53,857 nt of DNA from Firmicutes bacterium UBA3576 (lineage in GTDB: Bacteria; Bacillota; Sulfobacillia; UBA3569): positions 506 to 54,362 of the forward strand of contig DFND01000019.1 of NCBI GenBank assembly GCA_002375895.1. Reading direction: 5' to 3'. A program made the translations under genes and the position numbers. Of this stretch, positions 28,076-38,182 are shown piece by piece (position 1 is the stretch's first letter; every line of letters starts with the position of its first letter). The notes beneath the pieces were generated by a model, which did not search any database, was not told where the DNA came from, and saw only the letters and a list, made by a program, of their open reading frames with translations.

Positions 28076-30079
28076 TTATAACACATCCCTCACTATCTCC
28101 GCGAGGTCCAGGGTCCTCACGCGCTCGGCGGCCTCGTGGGCCTTGACCCCGTCGTCGAACATGGTTAGACAGAAGGGGCAGGCCGTGCATATCACCTCAG
28201 GTTCCTTGGCCAGCGCCTCTGCGGTACGCAGCTCGTTTATCTTCTGCCCCAGGGTCTCCTCCATCCACATCCGGCCGCCGCCGGCCCCGCAGCAGAAGCT
28301 CTTGTACCGGCTGCGGTCCATCTCCACCAGGCTGCCGCCGGCCCTCCGCACAACCTCTCTGGGCGCCTCGTAGATGTCGTTGTACCGGCCCAGGTAGCAG
28401 GAATCGTGGTAGGCGACCCTCTGGGCGAGGGGTTTGGTCGGCCTGAGGCGGCCGTCGGCGATGAGATCGGCGATGAAGGTGGTATGATGGATGACCTCGA
28501 AGGACCCGCCGAACTGGGGGTACTCGTTCTTCAGGGTATTGAAGCAGTGGGGACAGGCCGTGATTATCTTCTTCACGCCGTGTTCCTTGAGGGTGTTCAC
28601 GTTTTCCTCGGCCAGCATCTGGAAGAGGTACTCGTTGCCGCTGCGCCGGGCGGCATCGCCGCAACACTTCTCCTCCGTGCCGAGGATGGCGAAGTCCACC
28701 CCGGCCCTGCGCAGGATCTCCACCATGGCCGCGGACACCTTCTTGTTGCGGTCGTCCAGGGAGCCCGCGCAGCCCACCCAGTAGAGGTACTCCGCCTCGC
28801 CGACGTCGGACAGGACGGGCACCTCGAGCCCCTCCGCCCAGTCGGCCCGGTCCGCCCAGCCTACGCCCCAGGGGTTACCGTTGACCTCCATGTTCTTGAA
28901 GACCCGCGTGAGCTCAGAGGGGAACCTGCTCTCCATGAGGACCAGGTTCCGCCGCATATCCACTATCTTGCCCACGTGTTCCACGAAGACCGGGCATTGC
29001 TCCTCACAGGAGCGGCAGGTGGTGCAGGACCAGAGGGCGTCCTCGCTGACCACTTCTCCCACCAGGCTGGGCCTGTCTACCTCCAGGAGGTCCTTGCCCT
29101 CTCTCCTGGCCTGGAGGAGCGAGGGGCCCACCGCGGCGAGGTGGTCCTTGAGGTCCTGGGTCAGCGCCTTGGGGCTCAGCGGTTTCTCCGAGAGGTAGGC
29201 GGGGCAGTTGTCCTGGCACCTGCCGCACCGCGTACAGGCGTCGCCGTCGAAGAGCTGTTTCCAGGTGAAATCCTCTATGTTGGCCACCCCGAAGCTCTCC
29301 GCCTCCTCGTCGTAGAGGTCGAGGGCCGTCAGCGCCCCGGGGTGTCCGAGATTCCTGAAGAACTGGTTCAGCGGCGACGTTAGGATGTGAAGCAGCTTGG
29401 TATAGGGGAGGAGGGCCAGGAGGCCGAAGGCGATCAGCATGTGTCCCCACCAGAGGAACCTATGGAAGGCCCTCAACAGGGGCTCCTCCAGGCCGAGCGC
29501 CTCGAAGAGCCGGGCGAAGGCCAGCCCCACGGGCGACCAGCCCGCCCAAGGCGGGTTGGTGGCGGCGATACGAAGGCCCTCGACGAAGTAGCCGGTCAGG
29601 AGGACTACCAGGATCAGGGCCAGGGCCCACGCGTCATCGGGCCGGTTGTCCAGGTAGTCCGGCCTCAGGACGTACCTGCGATAGAGGGCCATGAGCGTGC
29701 CGACGATGGCCACGAGCCCGAAGATATCCAGGATCAGCGAGAACCAGAGGTAGAAGGTATTGTAGAGGATCTCGAGCTCGAAGTCGGCCTGGGCGGCCAC
29801 GATCAGGGTCCCAATGAACAGGACGAAGAAGCCCCAGAAGATGAACAGGTGCATGAGGCCGGGGAAGCTCTCCCGCAGGATGCGCCCGTGGCCGAAGCCG
29901 TAGGTGAGGACGGAGACCAGCCTGGTCCAGAGATGGTCGGTGCGGTTCTCGGGCCGGCCCAACCGCCACAGGCGATACTTCCCGTAGAGGCCGTAGGCCA
30001 CGGCGACGAGCATCGCCAGCATGAACAGATACAGAAGCAGCTCTCCGGCTATGTTCCAATAGATTTCCCTCGTGGGCAC
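28076..30079 (-). CDS. Membrane heme b/Fe-S oxidoreductase (NarI-like anchor + 2x[4Fe-4S] + 2 CCG; EMO/FadF/HdrF type)
   Basis: GLMHLFIFWGF, WWGH, KLLH; CTRCGRCQDNCP, CTTCRSCEEQCP; CCGD, ACPHC, YHDSC, CCGAGG, ACPFC; AAAGGAGG RBS before GTG. Confidence 0.9.
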   Translation of the reverse strand: MPTREIYWNIAGELLLYLFMLAMLVAVAYGLYGKYRLWRLGRPENRTDHLWTRLVSVLTYGFGHGRILRESFPGLMHLFIFWGFFVLFIGTLIVAAQADFELEILYNTFYLWFSLILDIFGLVAIVGTLMALYRRYVLRPDYLDNRPDDAWALALILVVLLTGYFVEGLRIAATNPPWAGWSPVGLAFARLFEALGLEEPLLRAFHRFLWWGHMLIAFGLLALLPYTKLLHILTSPLNQFFRNLGHPGALTALDLYDEEAESFGVANIEDFTWKQLFDGDACTRCGRCQDNCPAYLSEKPLSPKALTQDLKDHLAAVGPSLLQARREGKDLLEVDRPSLVGEVVSEDALWSCTTCRSCEEQCPVFVEHVGKIVDMRRNLVLMESRFPSELTRVFKNMEVNGNPWGVGWADRADWAEGLEVPVLSDVGEAEYLYWVGCAGSLDDRNKKVSAAMVEILRRAGVDFAILGTEEKCCGDAARRSGNEYLFQMLAEENVNTLKEHGVKKIITACPHCFNTLKNEYPQFGGSFEVIHHTTFIADLIADGRLRPTKPLAQRVAYHDSCYLGRYNDIYEAPREVVRRAGGSLVEMDRSRYKSFCCGAGGGRMWMEETLGQKINELRTAEALAKEPEVICTACPFCLTMFDDGVKAHEAAERVRTLDLAEIVRDVL

Positions 30080-30284
30080 GGGTAATACCTCCTTTGCCAA
30101 GGGAGGGGACGATCCTGAAGCGAGCACCCCATTAGTCCCTCCACTGCCCCCATATTCTGTGCCTATTGCGGATTTCCTTCACAAAATGGAATTGGGCGAA
30201 GATTCAGATGACACGCGGGTGTGACGGCGACCACTGCTGTGGCCGGATGGTCCTATGGTACAATGGTACCGGGAGGGAGTAACA

Positions 30285-31187
30285 TTGCCATTGGATTACG
30301 ACAAGCTCACTTTGGAGGCCCTCCGCGAGGCCTTCGCCAAGGACGGGTACATCGCGGGGGAGAACATCCTGGTGCCGGTCTACCTGGCTTTGCAGCTGGG
30401 TAAGCCGCTGCTCATAGAGGGCGAGCCCGGCGTCGGGAAGACCGAGATCGCCAAGGTGCTCGCCCGGGTCTTCTCAGCCGAGCTCATCAGGCTGCAGTGC
30501 TACGAGGGGCTTGACGAGAACCGGGCGCTCTACGAGTGGAACTATCAAAGGCAACTGCTCAAGATACAGATCACCAAGGACCGGCTGGACCCCGAGGAGG
30601 TAGAGCAGGACCTGTTCTCCGAGGAGTACCTGCTCACCAGGCCCCTGCTCAAGGCTCTCTTGGCGGAGAAGAGGCCCGTCCTGCTCATAGACGAGGTCGA
30701 CAAGACCGACGCCGAGTTCGAGGCCTTCCTCTTCGAGGTCCTCTCCGATTTCCAGGTCTCGATCCCTGAGCTCGGCACGGTTACGGCCCGGCAGATACCC
30801 ATAGTCGTGCTCACCAGCAACCGCAGCCGGGAGCTCTCCGACGGGCTCAAACGCCGCTGCATCTACCTGTACATCGACTTCCCCTCGGTGGAGAGGGAGG
30901 TCGAGATAATCCGGGCCAAGGTCCCCGAGGTCGGAGAGGTCCTGCGCAGGCAGCTAGCACGGGCCATCCACCACGTGAGGGAGCTCCCCGACATGAGGAA
31001 GAAGCCCTCCATAGCCGAGACGTTGGACTGGGCCAGGGCCCTGGTGGCCATGGACGTGGAGAGATTGGAGCCCAAGGTCATAGAGGACACCATCAACCTG
31101 TTCTTGAAGAACAAGGACGATATCGAGGCCTTCTTCAAGGAGATCGGGGCGGAGAACCTGGCCCGCCTGGCGACGGCCGAGGGATGA
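30285..31187 (+). CDS. MoxR/CoxD-family AAA+ ATPase
   Basis: GEPGVGKTE, RLQCYEGLD, YEWNY, LLIDEVDK. Confidence 0.9.
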   Translation: MPLDYDKLTLEALREAFAKDGYIAGENILVPVYLALQLGKPLLIEGEPGVGKTEIAKVLARVFSAELIRLQCYEGLDENRALYEWNYQRQLLKIQITKDRLDPEEVEQDLFSEEYLLTRPLLKALLAEKRPVLLIDEVDKTDAEFEAFLFEVLSDFQVSIPELGTVTARQIPIVVLTSNRSRELSDGLKRRCIYLYIDFPSVEREVEIIRAKVPEVGEVLRRQLARAIHHVRELPDMRKKPSIAETLDWARALVAMDVERLEPKVIEDTINLFLKNKDDIEAFFKEIGAENLARLATAEG

Positions 31188-31239
31188 GGACTGCATCCGG
31201 CACCGGTCGAGAAGCCGAGGGCACGTAGGAGGGTTGGAT

Positions 31240-32622
31240 GTGACGTCTCCGGAGAAAGTCCTGGTTGAGGTCAATAGGGCCCGGGACGGTGAGAGGTCGC
31301 TGGAGGCCGCGGTGGTGAGGTTCGCCGGGGTGCTGCGGCGGCTCGGTATGCGCATCAGCACCAGCGAGGTCATGGAGGCCTTGGCCGGCACGGCCCACAT
31401 CGATAACCTGGACCGCGACCAGTTCGAGCTCCTCCTGTGCGCCACGCTGGTGAAGAAGGCGGAGGATATGCCGCTGTTCGAGGCGGCCTTTCGGCTGTTC
31501 TTCTCGCCTCCGGAGCACCGGCGGTTCATGGAGGGCCGGTACAGGCGCGCCCGGGAGGAGAGGGAGCGCATGATCAGCCTGGCGCGGGAGGAGCTCCGCT
31601 TTCAGGGTGAGAGCCTGGACATCGACGAGCGGGAGCTCGAGACGTACATCGCCCTGACCCCGTCGGAGCAGGATCGGCTCAAGGAGTTCCTGGAGAGGAG
31701 CTCTTCCGGCATCAAGGTCGACGCCTCCTTCCGCCCCATCATAGAGAACATAGTTAAGGGACATCTCAGCCGACGGCGGCGTGAGATGATGCACGGCCCG
31801 AAGCCCTACCACGACCTCCGGCCCACGGGAGACGAGGTCCTAGACGCCGTGGTCGACGCCCTCGTGGACGGCGCTGGAACCGGTGGGTCGCTGCTATACA
31901 GGGATCTCATGGACATATCGGGCGACGAGCTCAAGCGGACCCTGGTCCTCGTGGAGAGGCTCACCCGTCAGCTGGCCGGACGTATCTCCCGCCGGTACAA
32001 GCGGAGCGCCAGGAGGAAGAGCGTGGACATCCGCCGCACCGTCCGGGCGAATATCCAGTTCGGCGGCGTTCCCATCAAGCTCAAGTACCGCAGGCGCAGC
32101 GTCCAAAAACCCCGCATCATCCTCATCTGCGACGTCTCTGGGTCCATGAGCAAGTACGCGGGGTTCGTCCTCCAGTTCGTCTACGGCCTGACCAGCGTCG
32201 CGGACAGGATTGAGAGCTTCATCTTCAGCGAGGACCTGGAGAGGATCACCCCCCACCTGTGGCGGAGAAGGTCCTTTGAGGAGACGGTGAAGAGGCTCCT
32301 CGAGGCCAGCGGCCAATGGGGGCAGGGGACGGACCTGCGAAGGGCCCTCAGCCGCTTCCGCAAGGAGCACCAGCACCTGCTCACACCCAACACCTTCATG
32401 ATAATCGTGAGCGACGCCAAGACCCTGGGGGCGAAGGAGGCCGCATCCCATCTGGGGGCCATCCGCCGGAGGGTGAGGGAGATCCTGTGGCTGAACCCCG
32501 TGCCCAGGGCCGAATGGGATGAGCTCCCGGCGGTGGAGCAATTCTGCCGCTCCTGTCGGATGTTCGAGTGCTTCACCCTGGCCCACCTGGAGCATGTACT
32601 GCGGGAGAGGGTCTGGGCCTGA
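31240..32622 (+). CDS. CoxE-like vWA-domain protein
   Basis: CDVSGSM MIDAS, GQGTD, IVSDA, WLNP. Confidence 0.9.
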   Translation: MTSPEKVLVEVNRARDGERSLEAAVVRFAGVLRRLGMRISTSEVMEALAGTAHIDNLDRDQFELLLCATLVKKAEDMPLFEAAFRLFFSPPEHRRFMEGRYRRAREERERMISLAREELRFQGESLDIDERELETYIALTPSEQDRLKEFLERSSSGIKVDASFRPIIENIVKGHLSRRRREMMHGPKPYHDLRPTGDEVLDAVVDALVDGAGTGGSLLYRDLMDISGDELKRTLVLVERLTRQLAGRISRRYKRSARRKSVDIRRTVRANIQFGGVPIKLKYRRRSVQKPRIILICDVSGSMSKYAGFVLQFVYGLTSVADRIESFIFSEDLERITPHLWRRRSFEETVKRLLEASGQWGQGTDLRRALSRFRKEHQHLLTPNTFMIIVSDAKTLGAKEAASHLGAIRRRVREILWLNPVPRAEWDELPAVEQFCRSCRMFECFTLAHLEHVLRERVWA

Positions 32623-32684
32623 AGGAATTCGGTCAGCTCTAGAGAATATATTTCCTCCATCTGGCATCAGTAGAGGGAGATGTT

Positions 32685-33869
32685 ATGCAGCAGGAGACTC
32701 GGTGGGGTCGTATAGCCACGGTCACAGCCGGGCATTTCTTCGTCGACTTCTACGCCACGGTCCTACCTCCGGTGCTTCCCTTCGTAGCACGTGAGTTCGG
32801 GCTCAGCATGAGCATGACGGGCGTGCTGGTGACCGTTGTGTCCATCTTCTCCTCTTGGTCCCAGCCCGTCTTCGGGTACCTCCTCGACGGCTACCGCAGG
32901 TTCTGGCCCCTTCCCGTAGCCGTGATGTGGGTGGCCATCCTCGCCAGTTCCCTCGGCCTGGCCGGCTCCTACTGGGCCCTGGCGGCCATCGTATCCCTGG
33001 CCGGCGTGGGCTCAGCGGTCTACCATCCCCTGGGGTCGGTGGCCGTGGCCGCCAACAGCGGCCGGCGGAAGGGGACGGCCATGTCCATGTACATAACCGG
33101 CGGCACCATCGGAGCAACCCTGCCGCCCCTGTTGGCGGTCCCCCTGGTGGCCGCTTACGGGCTCAAGGCCCTCCTGGTCCTGGCGCCGCCCGGGATCATC
33201 GTCTCCCTGCTCATGGTCCTCCTGGGAGTTCACCGGGCTCCGGCCGCCGGCGAGTCATCTGGCAGCCGCGAGCTCCCTCGCCTGCGGGATATGGCTCGCC
33301 TATTGCACCTCAGCCTGGCCCTGGGGCTCAGGCTCGGGGCAACGTGGAGCTACAACACCTTCATGGTGATGTATTTCCTCCACTTGGGCTACTCCGAGAT
33401 CTACGGCGGGCGGGTGCTCTCGGCCTATATCCTCGCCGGGAGCCTGGGGGTCCTGCTGGGAGGGATAGCCTCCGACCGCACCGACAGGAGGCGTTACCTG
33501 ATGGCCACCTGTGTCCTGGGCGGCTTGTGCCTCCTGGGTTCCTTCTACGTGGGGGGGCTGCTGGTGCCCCTCCTGCTGATCCTCGGCAACGCCTTCATCT
33601 CCTCCTCCACGCCCATCGGGGTGGTCATCGGCCAGTCCCTGGTGCCTTCCAACGCCACCATGGCCTCGGGGGTAATGCTCGGGATGAGCTTCGGCATAGC
33701 GGGCCTGGGGTCGGCCTTGACGGGCGTGCTGGCCGACATCATGGGCCTTCCCCGCGCCCTGGAGGTCAACCTGCTGCTGCTCGTCGTCTCGCTGGCCCTC
33801 ACCTATTTCCTGCCCTCGGAGGCCTCGTCCGACGTCCCCGCTTCGGGGAAGGCGGTGGGGGAGAATTAG
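32685..33869 (+). CDS. MFS transporter (Fsr-like)
   Basis: GHFFVDFY, QPVFGYLLD, GSAVYHP; about 12 TM helices. Confidence 0.9.
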   Translation: MQQETRWGRIATVTAGHFFVDFYATVLPPVLPFVAREFGLSMSMTGVLVTVVSIFSSWSQPVFGYLLDGYRRFWPLPVAVMWVAILASSLGLAGSYWALAAIVSLAGVGSAVYHPLGSVAVAANSGRRKGTAMSMYITGGTIGATLPPLLAVPLVAAYGLKALLVLAPPGIIVSLLMVLLGVHRAPAAGESSGSRELPRLRDMARLLHLSLALGLRLGATWSYNTFMVMYFLHLGYSEIYGGRVLSAYILAGSLGVLLGGIASDRTDRRRYLMATCVLGGLCLLGSFYVGGLLVPLLLILGNAFISSSTPIGVVIGQSLVPSNATMASGVMLGMSFGIAGLGSALTGVLADIMGLPRALEVNLLLLVVSLALTYFLPSEASSDVPASGKAVGEN

Positions 33870-33913
33870 AGGGGCCCCGCCCGACGGCGAGGCCCCTGTA
33901 TACGTCTAACCCT

Positions 33914-35332
33914 TTACTTACCGAGGCTGTGAATGCCGCTGGCCCGTTCCGCGGCCCAGTTGATGTCCTTATCCTTGTGGCAGCTCAGACAGGCGAAGTC
34001 CAGGGTGACGAAGTCCTTGGCGAAGGCGCCGTCGTCGGTGAACATGGATGCGGTCGGGTCCGTGTTGATCCTGAAGAGATGGGTGGCGACATCTCCCTGG
34101 TAGGGCCCGAACTTAACCGCCGATTTGCTGGCGGCGGGCATATGGCAGTCCGTGCATTTCATGCCGACCTTCTGCATGGTGCTGCCCTCGAAGGCCGCGA
34201 CGACAGAGGAGTGACAAGGGGAGCAATTGAGCTTTATGGAGAACTCAGCTTTCTTGTGGGGATCGTGGCACGTGACGCAGTCGAAGTCTGCGTGCGGGCT
34301 GGCGAGGAGCTCGTTGAACTGCTCGTGATGTCTGATGAAGCCGCCCTTGGCCGGGATCTCAGTGGCCTCGCGGCGGATGTGACACTGACCGCACAGTTCA
34401 GCGGACGTATTGACCTCGACCAGGCTCGGGTCACCGCCGGCGGCGATATGGTCGGCGGCAGGTCCGTGGCACCGCTCCCACTGGATGCCCGGTAGGGCCC
34501 AGGTCCCTACGATGCCCTCGCGGCCGTCCTGGTGCCCATCCTCGGAGTAGCCGGTGGTGTGGCATTTTCCACAGTTATAGGGTTTCTTCTCGCCCGGGTG
34601 ATAGTCCACCCACTCTCCGGTGGCCAGATTATACTGGGTGGGCATCGGCTGTCCCGACTTGTCCGTGGTGATGATGTAACCCTCATTGTTCACGTACCTG
34701 GCCTTCCAGCCGAAACCGCCGATGACCTAACTTATGTCGTCCCAGGTGTATCCCTTGGGAAGGGGGATGGGGCGGGTCTTGGCCTCTTGCGCAGGCATGA
34801 GCTTGTAGCCGTGACCAGATACGCGGAAGTCATTGTACACCGCTTCGTGGCATTTGAGGCAGGTGTCGGAGCCGGCACAGCCCAGTGCACTCGCTCGGTC
34901 TAGGACCTCTTCACCGGAGGTGCTGATGATAACGCGGCAGCTGGCGTCCCAGTCGACAGACGCGCCGAGAGCCTGGCTGACGAAACGCAGGGGCACGAAG
35001 GTGGTGTCCTCCTTGATCTGAGCCGGCACGTCCAGTGTAACTTCGACCCCATTCACCGAAGCGCGAGCGCTACCAATAGATAGCTTTACGGTAATGTCGC
35101 CCCTTGTAGCGGTGACGGTACGGGTGTCCTGATCCCATTCCACCTCGGCTCCCAGGGCTTCGAATATGGGGCGTAGGGGGATAAGGGTGCTGTTGCCCAC
35201 AATAACCGGGGCGGGATCAGTTTCCAGTTGCTGGCCGTCGATCTGAACGGTAACCGGTGCGTTGTTGGCCACGACCAGGGCCGCCGGAAGAAGAATGGCC
35301 AACACAACCAGCAAGATAATACGACCTCTCAT
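33914..35332 (-). pseudogene. Secreted multiheme cytochrome c with copper-amine-oxidase-N (stalk) domain, interrupted by an in-frame TAG
   Basis: Two track ORFs share one frame across TAG 34727-34729 (YTWDDIS*VIGGFGWKARY); 7 CxxCH motifs plus a degenerate WERCH. Confidence 0.8.
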
Positions 35333-35471
35333 TCCACTTCCCTCCTTTGGCTTAGTGTTGGATAGTCCTCTTTCTAGATGGTAGAACCCAGAGCCACTAT
35401 CACCCCCCGTGACTGGCATGGCAGAAATCCCCACCCACCTGGAAATAATTATGCAGGCTCACCCCAGAAGC

Positions 35472-35489
35472 TTGTGATTGGGCTCACAA
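35472..35489. promoter_or_regulatory. CRP/FNR- or Rex-like binding site
   Basis: TTGTGA-N6-TCACAA about 140 bp upstream of the cytochrome gene. Confidence 0.55.
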
Positions 35490-36085
35490 AAGGACATCTG
35501 TCCCATTGAGTTGGGTCATTTGTCCCTTCCATAGGAACTGAACCGCTGCCCTCTCTCCGTGGGCCGAATATCGGAGTGAAGACGCGGGCCCAGTAGGCCT
35601 CAACGCACGCAGAGATGATCTTGGTACACATGGGTCAGAGAGCGGGGGGAGCGTGGCCTTTTTTCACGTGAGCGGTCGCAGTAGCTACTGCTAGTTGCTC
35701 CTTTCACTTACTCTGGTTTCCGGCGAGGTAACCGCGCTTGACCGCTGCAGTTCTCAAAGGGAGAGCCTGTGCTCCCTGCCAGAGAAGGGAGATGGGGGCT
35801 TGGATATATGTGCTTAAAGAGGTAACGAGCTCACCCTGGAGCGACCGTTGTGGCCTCAGGGAGGCATTACGAAAGGGGCGCCCCTATCACCAACGCCGAA
35901 ACTCGATGGATAAGATGTACTGGGGGGCCACCTTTGCGGCCGGCAGGTTAACCTTCTGTGACAGTTCCTGGACGAGCGGATGGTCCTATGACATGGGTGG
36001 ACAGCCCGCAGTGTCGGGCTAGGTGGCCAGTCGCTATTGCGAGGTTAACCGCTTGGAACTGGCGGAGGATGAGCCATGAGGGGCC

Positions 36086-36114
36086 AAAAACATGGCCGGC
36101 AGACGCCGGCCATG
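36086..36114 (-). terminator. Rho-independent terminator of the GntR-ABC operon
   Basis: CATGGCCGGC-N4-GCCGGCCATG followed by TTTTT on the minus strand. Confidence 0.8.
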
Positions 36115-36151
36115 CGTAAGGTCCAAGACCGATGGTTAGAGGAGAAGCGGC

Positions 36152-37327
36152 CTAATCACCCACCGCCTCCACTACAAAGCCCCCGTCTCCCCGCAAGATG
36201 ATGTCGCCGCCCATGAGGGTTCGCAGGATTACAGAGTGCCTGCCATCACCTAAGGTGCCCGATACCCACTCCTCGTCCTGTCTGCTGTGCACCTCGAGGG
36301 GAAGGGCACGCACCTCCACATCCCCTCCCTCGGCCGCGGCGCTCAACTGGAAGCCCTGAGGCCCGCTTGGCAGGAAGACCTCGATGTCCCCCGACCACAC
36401 CTCAAGCTGCGCGCCAGACCTCAGGCCCCAGACGCTCACATCGCCGTCGAGGACGCGAAAGTCGAGGTCACCGTCGATCCCCTCGGCCCGCACATCGGCC
36501 ATCTCCGCCTCGACCGTCACCTCACCCGTTATATCGACGAGCCACAGGTCCTCGAAGAGGACCTTCGCCCAGAGGTCGCCCGTAATCTGACTGAGCCTGA
36601 CGTCGGCGCCGACGGACTGTACCCAAAGGGGGCCGTGAATATCCTCGAGGAGGGCCGACTGGCCCCGGATGATGGCCAGCATTTCTCCGTCGACGTCCGA
36701 GACCCTCAAGGTGCCGCCGTGGACCGATACGAGGACGTGTAACGTAGGCATTGAGCTCGAGTAGGCGGTGGTCCAGAGTCCTTTGATTTCCTCTTGGGGT
36801 CTTAAAGTCGTCTTAGGGGTAAGACCGCTGACCTCGGCAGAACCCTCTCGGGTGACCGCCACCAGGGCTAGATGACGAGGCGCCCGTACCCAGTAATCAA
36901 CTTCTACCTCGAGGATACCCGGGGGCCTGACCTCGGGCGCACGCACCCTCAGTCTCAACGACCCCTCTTCCTCTACTGCCACCACCGACAAATCCTCCAG
37001 GTACTCCTCAGCCAGAGCCGGCGTCTCGGCGTACACGGTCAGGTCGTAGTCCACCCTGATCTGATCGCCGCTGACCCCGGTTACGCTTACGTCACCGCGA
37101 TCGCTTATCAGCACTAGGGCGTTTACCTCGGCCACATCCTCCACCAGTGTTCCGGACCCTTCGGCCCTAGGAGCCCCAACTGCGATGTGTCGGCCTTCCC
37201 AGAGGGAGCCTGAGGGAAGGGTCTCCAGGAAGTCGGCGATAACCCGTTCTCCGTGAAAGGCGAAGTCGAAGAGGGCCATTGCGCCGAGCACCGCCACCAC
37301 CGCTATAACCACCGTGCGTCTTATCAT
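36152..37327 (-). CDS. DUF4097-type beta-strand repeat protein with N-terminal TM
   Basis: Repeated GD-V/I beta motifs; context of a Ytr-like ABC operon. Confidence 0.75.
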   Translation of the reverse strand: MIRRTVVIAVVAVLGAMALFDFAFHGERVIADFLETLPSGSLWEGRHIAVGAPRAEGSGTLVEDVAEVNALVLISDRGDVSVTGVSGDQIRVDYDLTVYAETPALAEEYLEDLSVVAVEEEGSLRLRVRAPEVRPPGILEVEVDYWVRAPRHLALVAVTREGSAEVSGLTPKTTLRPQEEIKGLWTTAYSSSMPTLHVLVSVHGGTLRVSDVDGEMLAIIRGQSALLEDIHGPLWVQSVGADVRLSQITGDLWAKVLFEDLWLVDITGEVTVEAEMADVRAEGIDGDLDFRVLDGDVSVWGLRSGAQLEVWSGDIEVFLPSGPQGFQLSAAAEGGDVEVRALPLEVHSRQDEEWVSGTLGDGRHSVILRTLMGGDIILRGDGGFVVEAVGD

Positions 37328-37348
37328 CTCTCCGTCCCTCCCGGACCT

Positions 37349-38182
37349 TTAGGCATCCACCAGTCTATCGAGCAACCAACAGCCGAACAGGAAGAGGCCC
37401 AGGGCCACTATCAGCGCGGCCCCAATCGGGGCCAGGTTGATGCCCAGGTGCAGGACCTGCAGGAAATCGTTAGCGAGCTGCCACCACACGATGGTCATCC
37501 TGGGCCACGGGGCATCGGGATGGGCTGAGAAAGCGCCGACCAGAGTCCCGAACCGGAGCATGAGCCACAGCCCGCCGATGAAGGCCAGGGCGTTGAGTAG
37601 CCACGCTCGGCGGGGGAGGAGCCGGCCGACGAGATAGGCGAACTGCGTTGCGGCCGCCCCGGCCAGCAAGCCCAGCCAGAAGAGCAGGTAGATCTTCAGG
37701 CCCTGCGCCAGCAGGGCGCCAAGCGGAACCAGTTCCTCCTGACCCACCAGGCCGACCACGACGTAGGGATTGGGCCGGAAGATGAGCGCCGCTCCGAGCA
37801 CCGTAACGGCCGAGAGAAGGGTTGCCCCCGTCATCACAACCGCGAGCTTAACCACAAGCAGCGTGCACCTGGGCACGGGCAGGGACAGCAGGAGCTGGCT
37901 GTGCCGCCCCGCCCACTCGGTGCGCAGGCCGTTGTAGGCGCTGAACACCGTCCAGAAGGGGAGGAGCAGCCCCGGGACGATAACGCCCACACCGAGCATC
38001 TCCTCGGGTTCTGGCATCCGCCACTCGTGGCTCAGGCCCGATATCAAGAACAACTGCCACAGGATCACCAGGCCGGATAGGGCGGCCAACTGCCCGCGCT
38101 CCATCGCTAGGTCCTTTACGTAGAGCGCCCAGCCGTACCGTAAGAGGCGACGTAATCCACTGCCCTGGAACTGAAGCCTCAT
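37349..38182 (-). CDS. ABC transporter permease
   Basis: About 6 TM helices, LLLSLPVPR motif; ATGA-coupled to the ATPase. Confidence 0.75.
   Translation of the reverse strand: MRLQFQGSGLRRLLRYGWALYVKDLAMERGQLAALSGLVILWQLFLISGLSHEWRMPEPEEMLGVGVIVPGLLLPFWTVFSAYNGLRTEWAGRHSQLLLSLPVPRCTLLVVKLAVVMTGATLLSAVTVLGAALIFRPNPYVVVGLVGQEELVPLGALLAQGLKIYLLFWLGLLAGAAATQFAYLVGRLLPRRAWLLNALAFIGGLWLMLRFGTLVGAFSAHPDAPWPRMTIVWWQLANDFLQVLHLGINLAPIGAALIVALGLFLFGCWLLDRLVDA

Noticed and set aside
32855-34495. 546-aa plus-strand ORF
   Set aside because: Off-frame overlap of the MFS gene and antisense to the cytochrome; Arg/Pro/Gly-rich
34727-34729. Pyrrolysine read-through at the TAG
   Set aside because: The context suggests Tyr, a heme motif in the same gene is also broken, and no pyl genes are in the window
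35665-35725. c-di-GMP-II-like words on the minus strand (GGAAAC..TGCGACCG)
   Set aside because: The GGGCAC loop and its stem are absent
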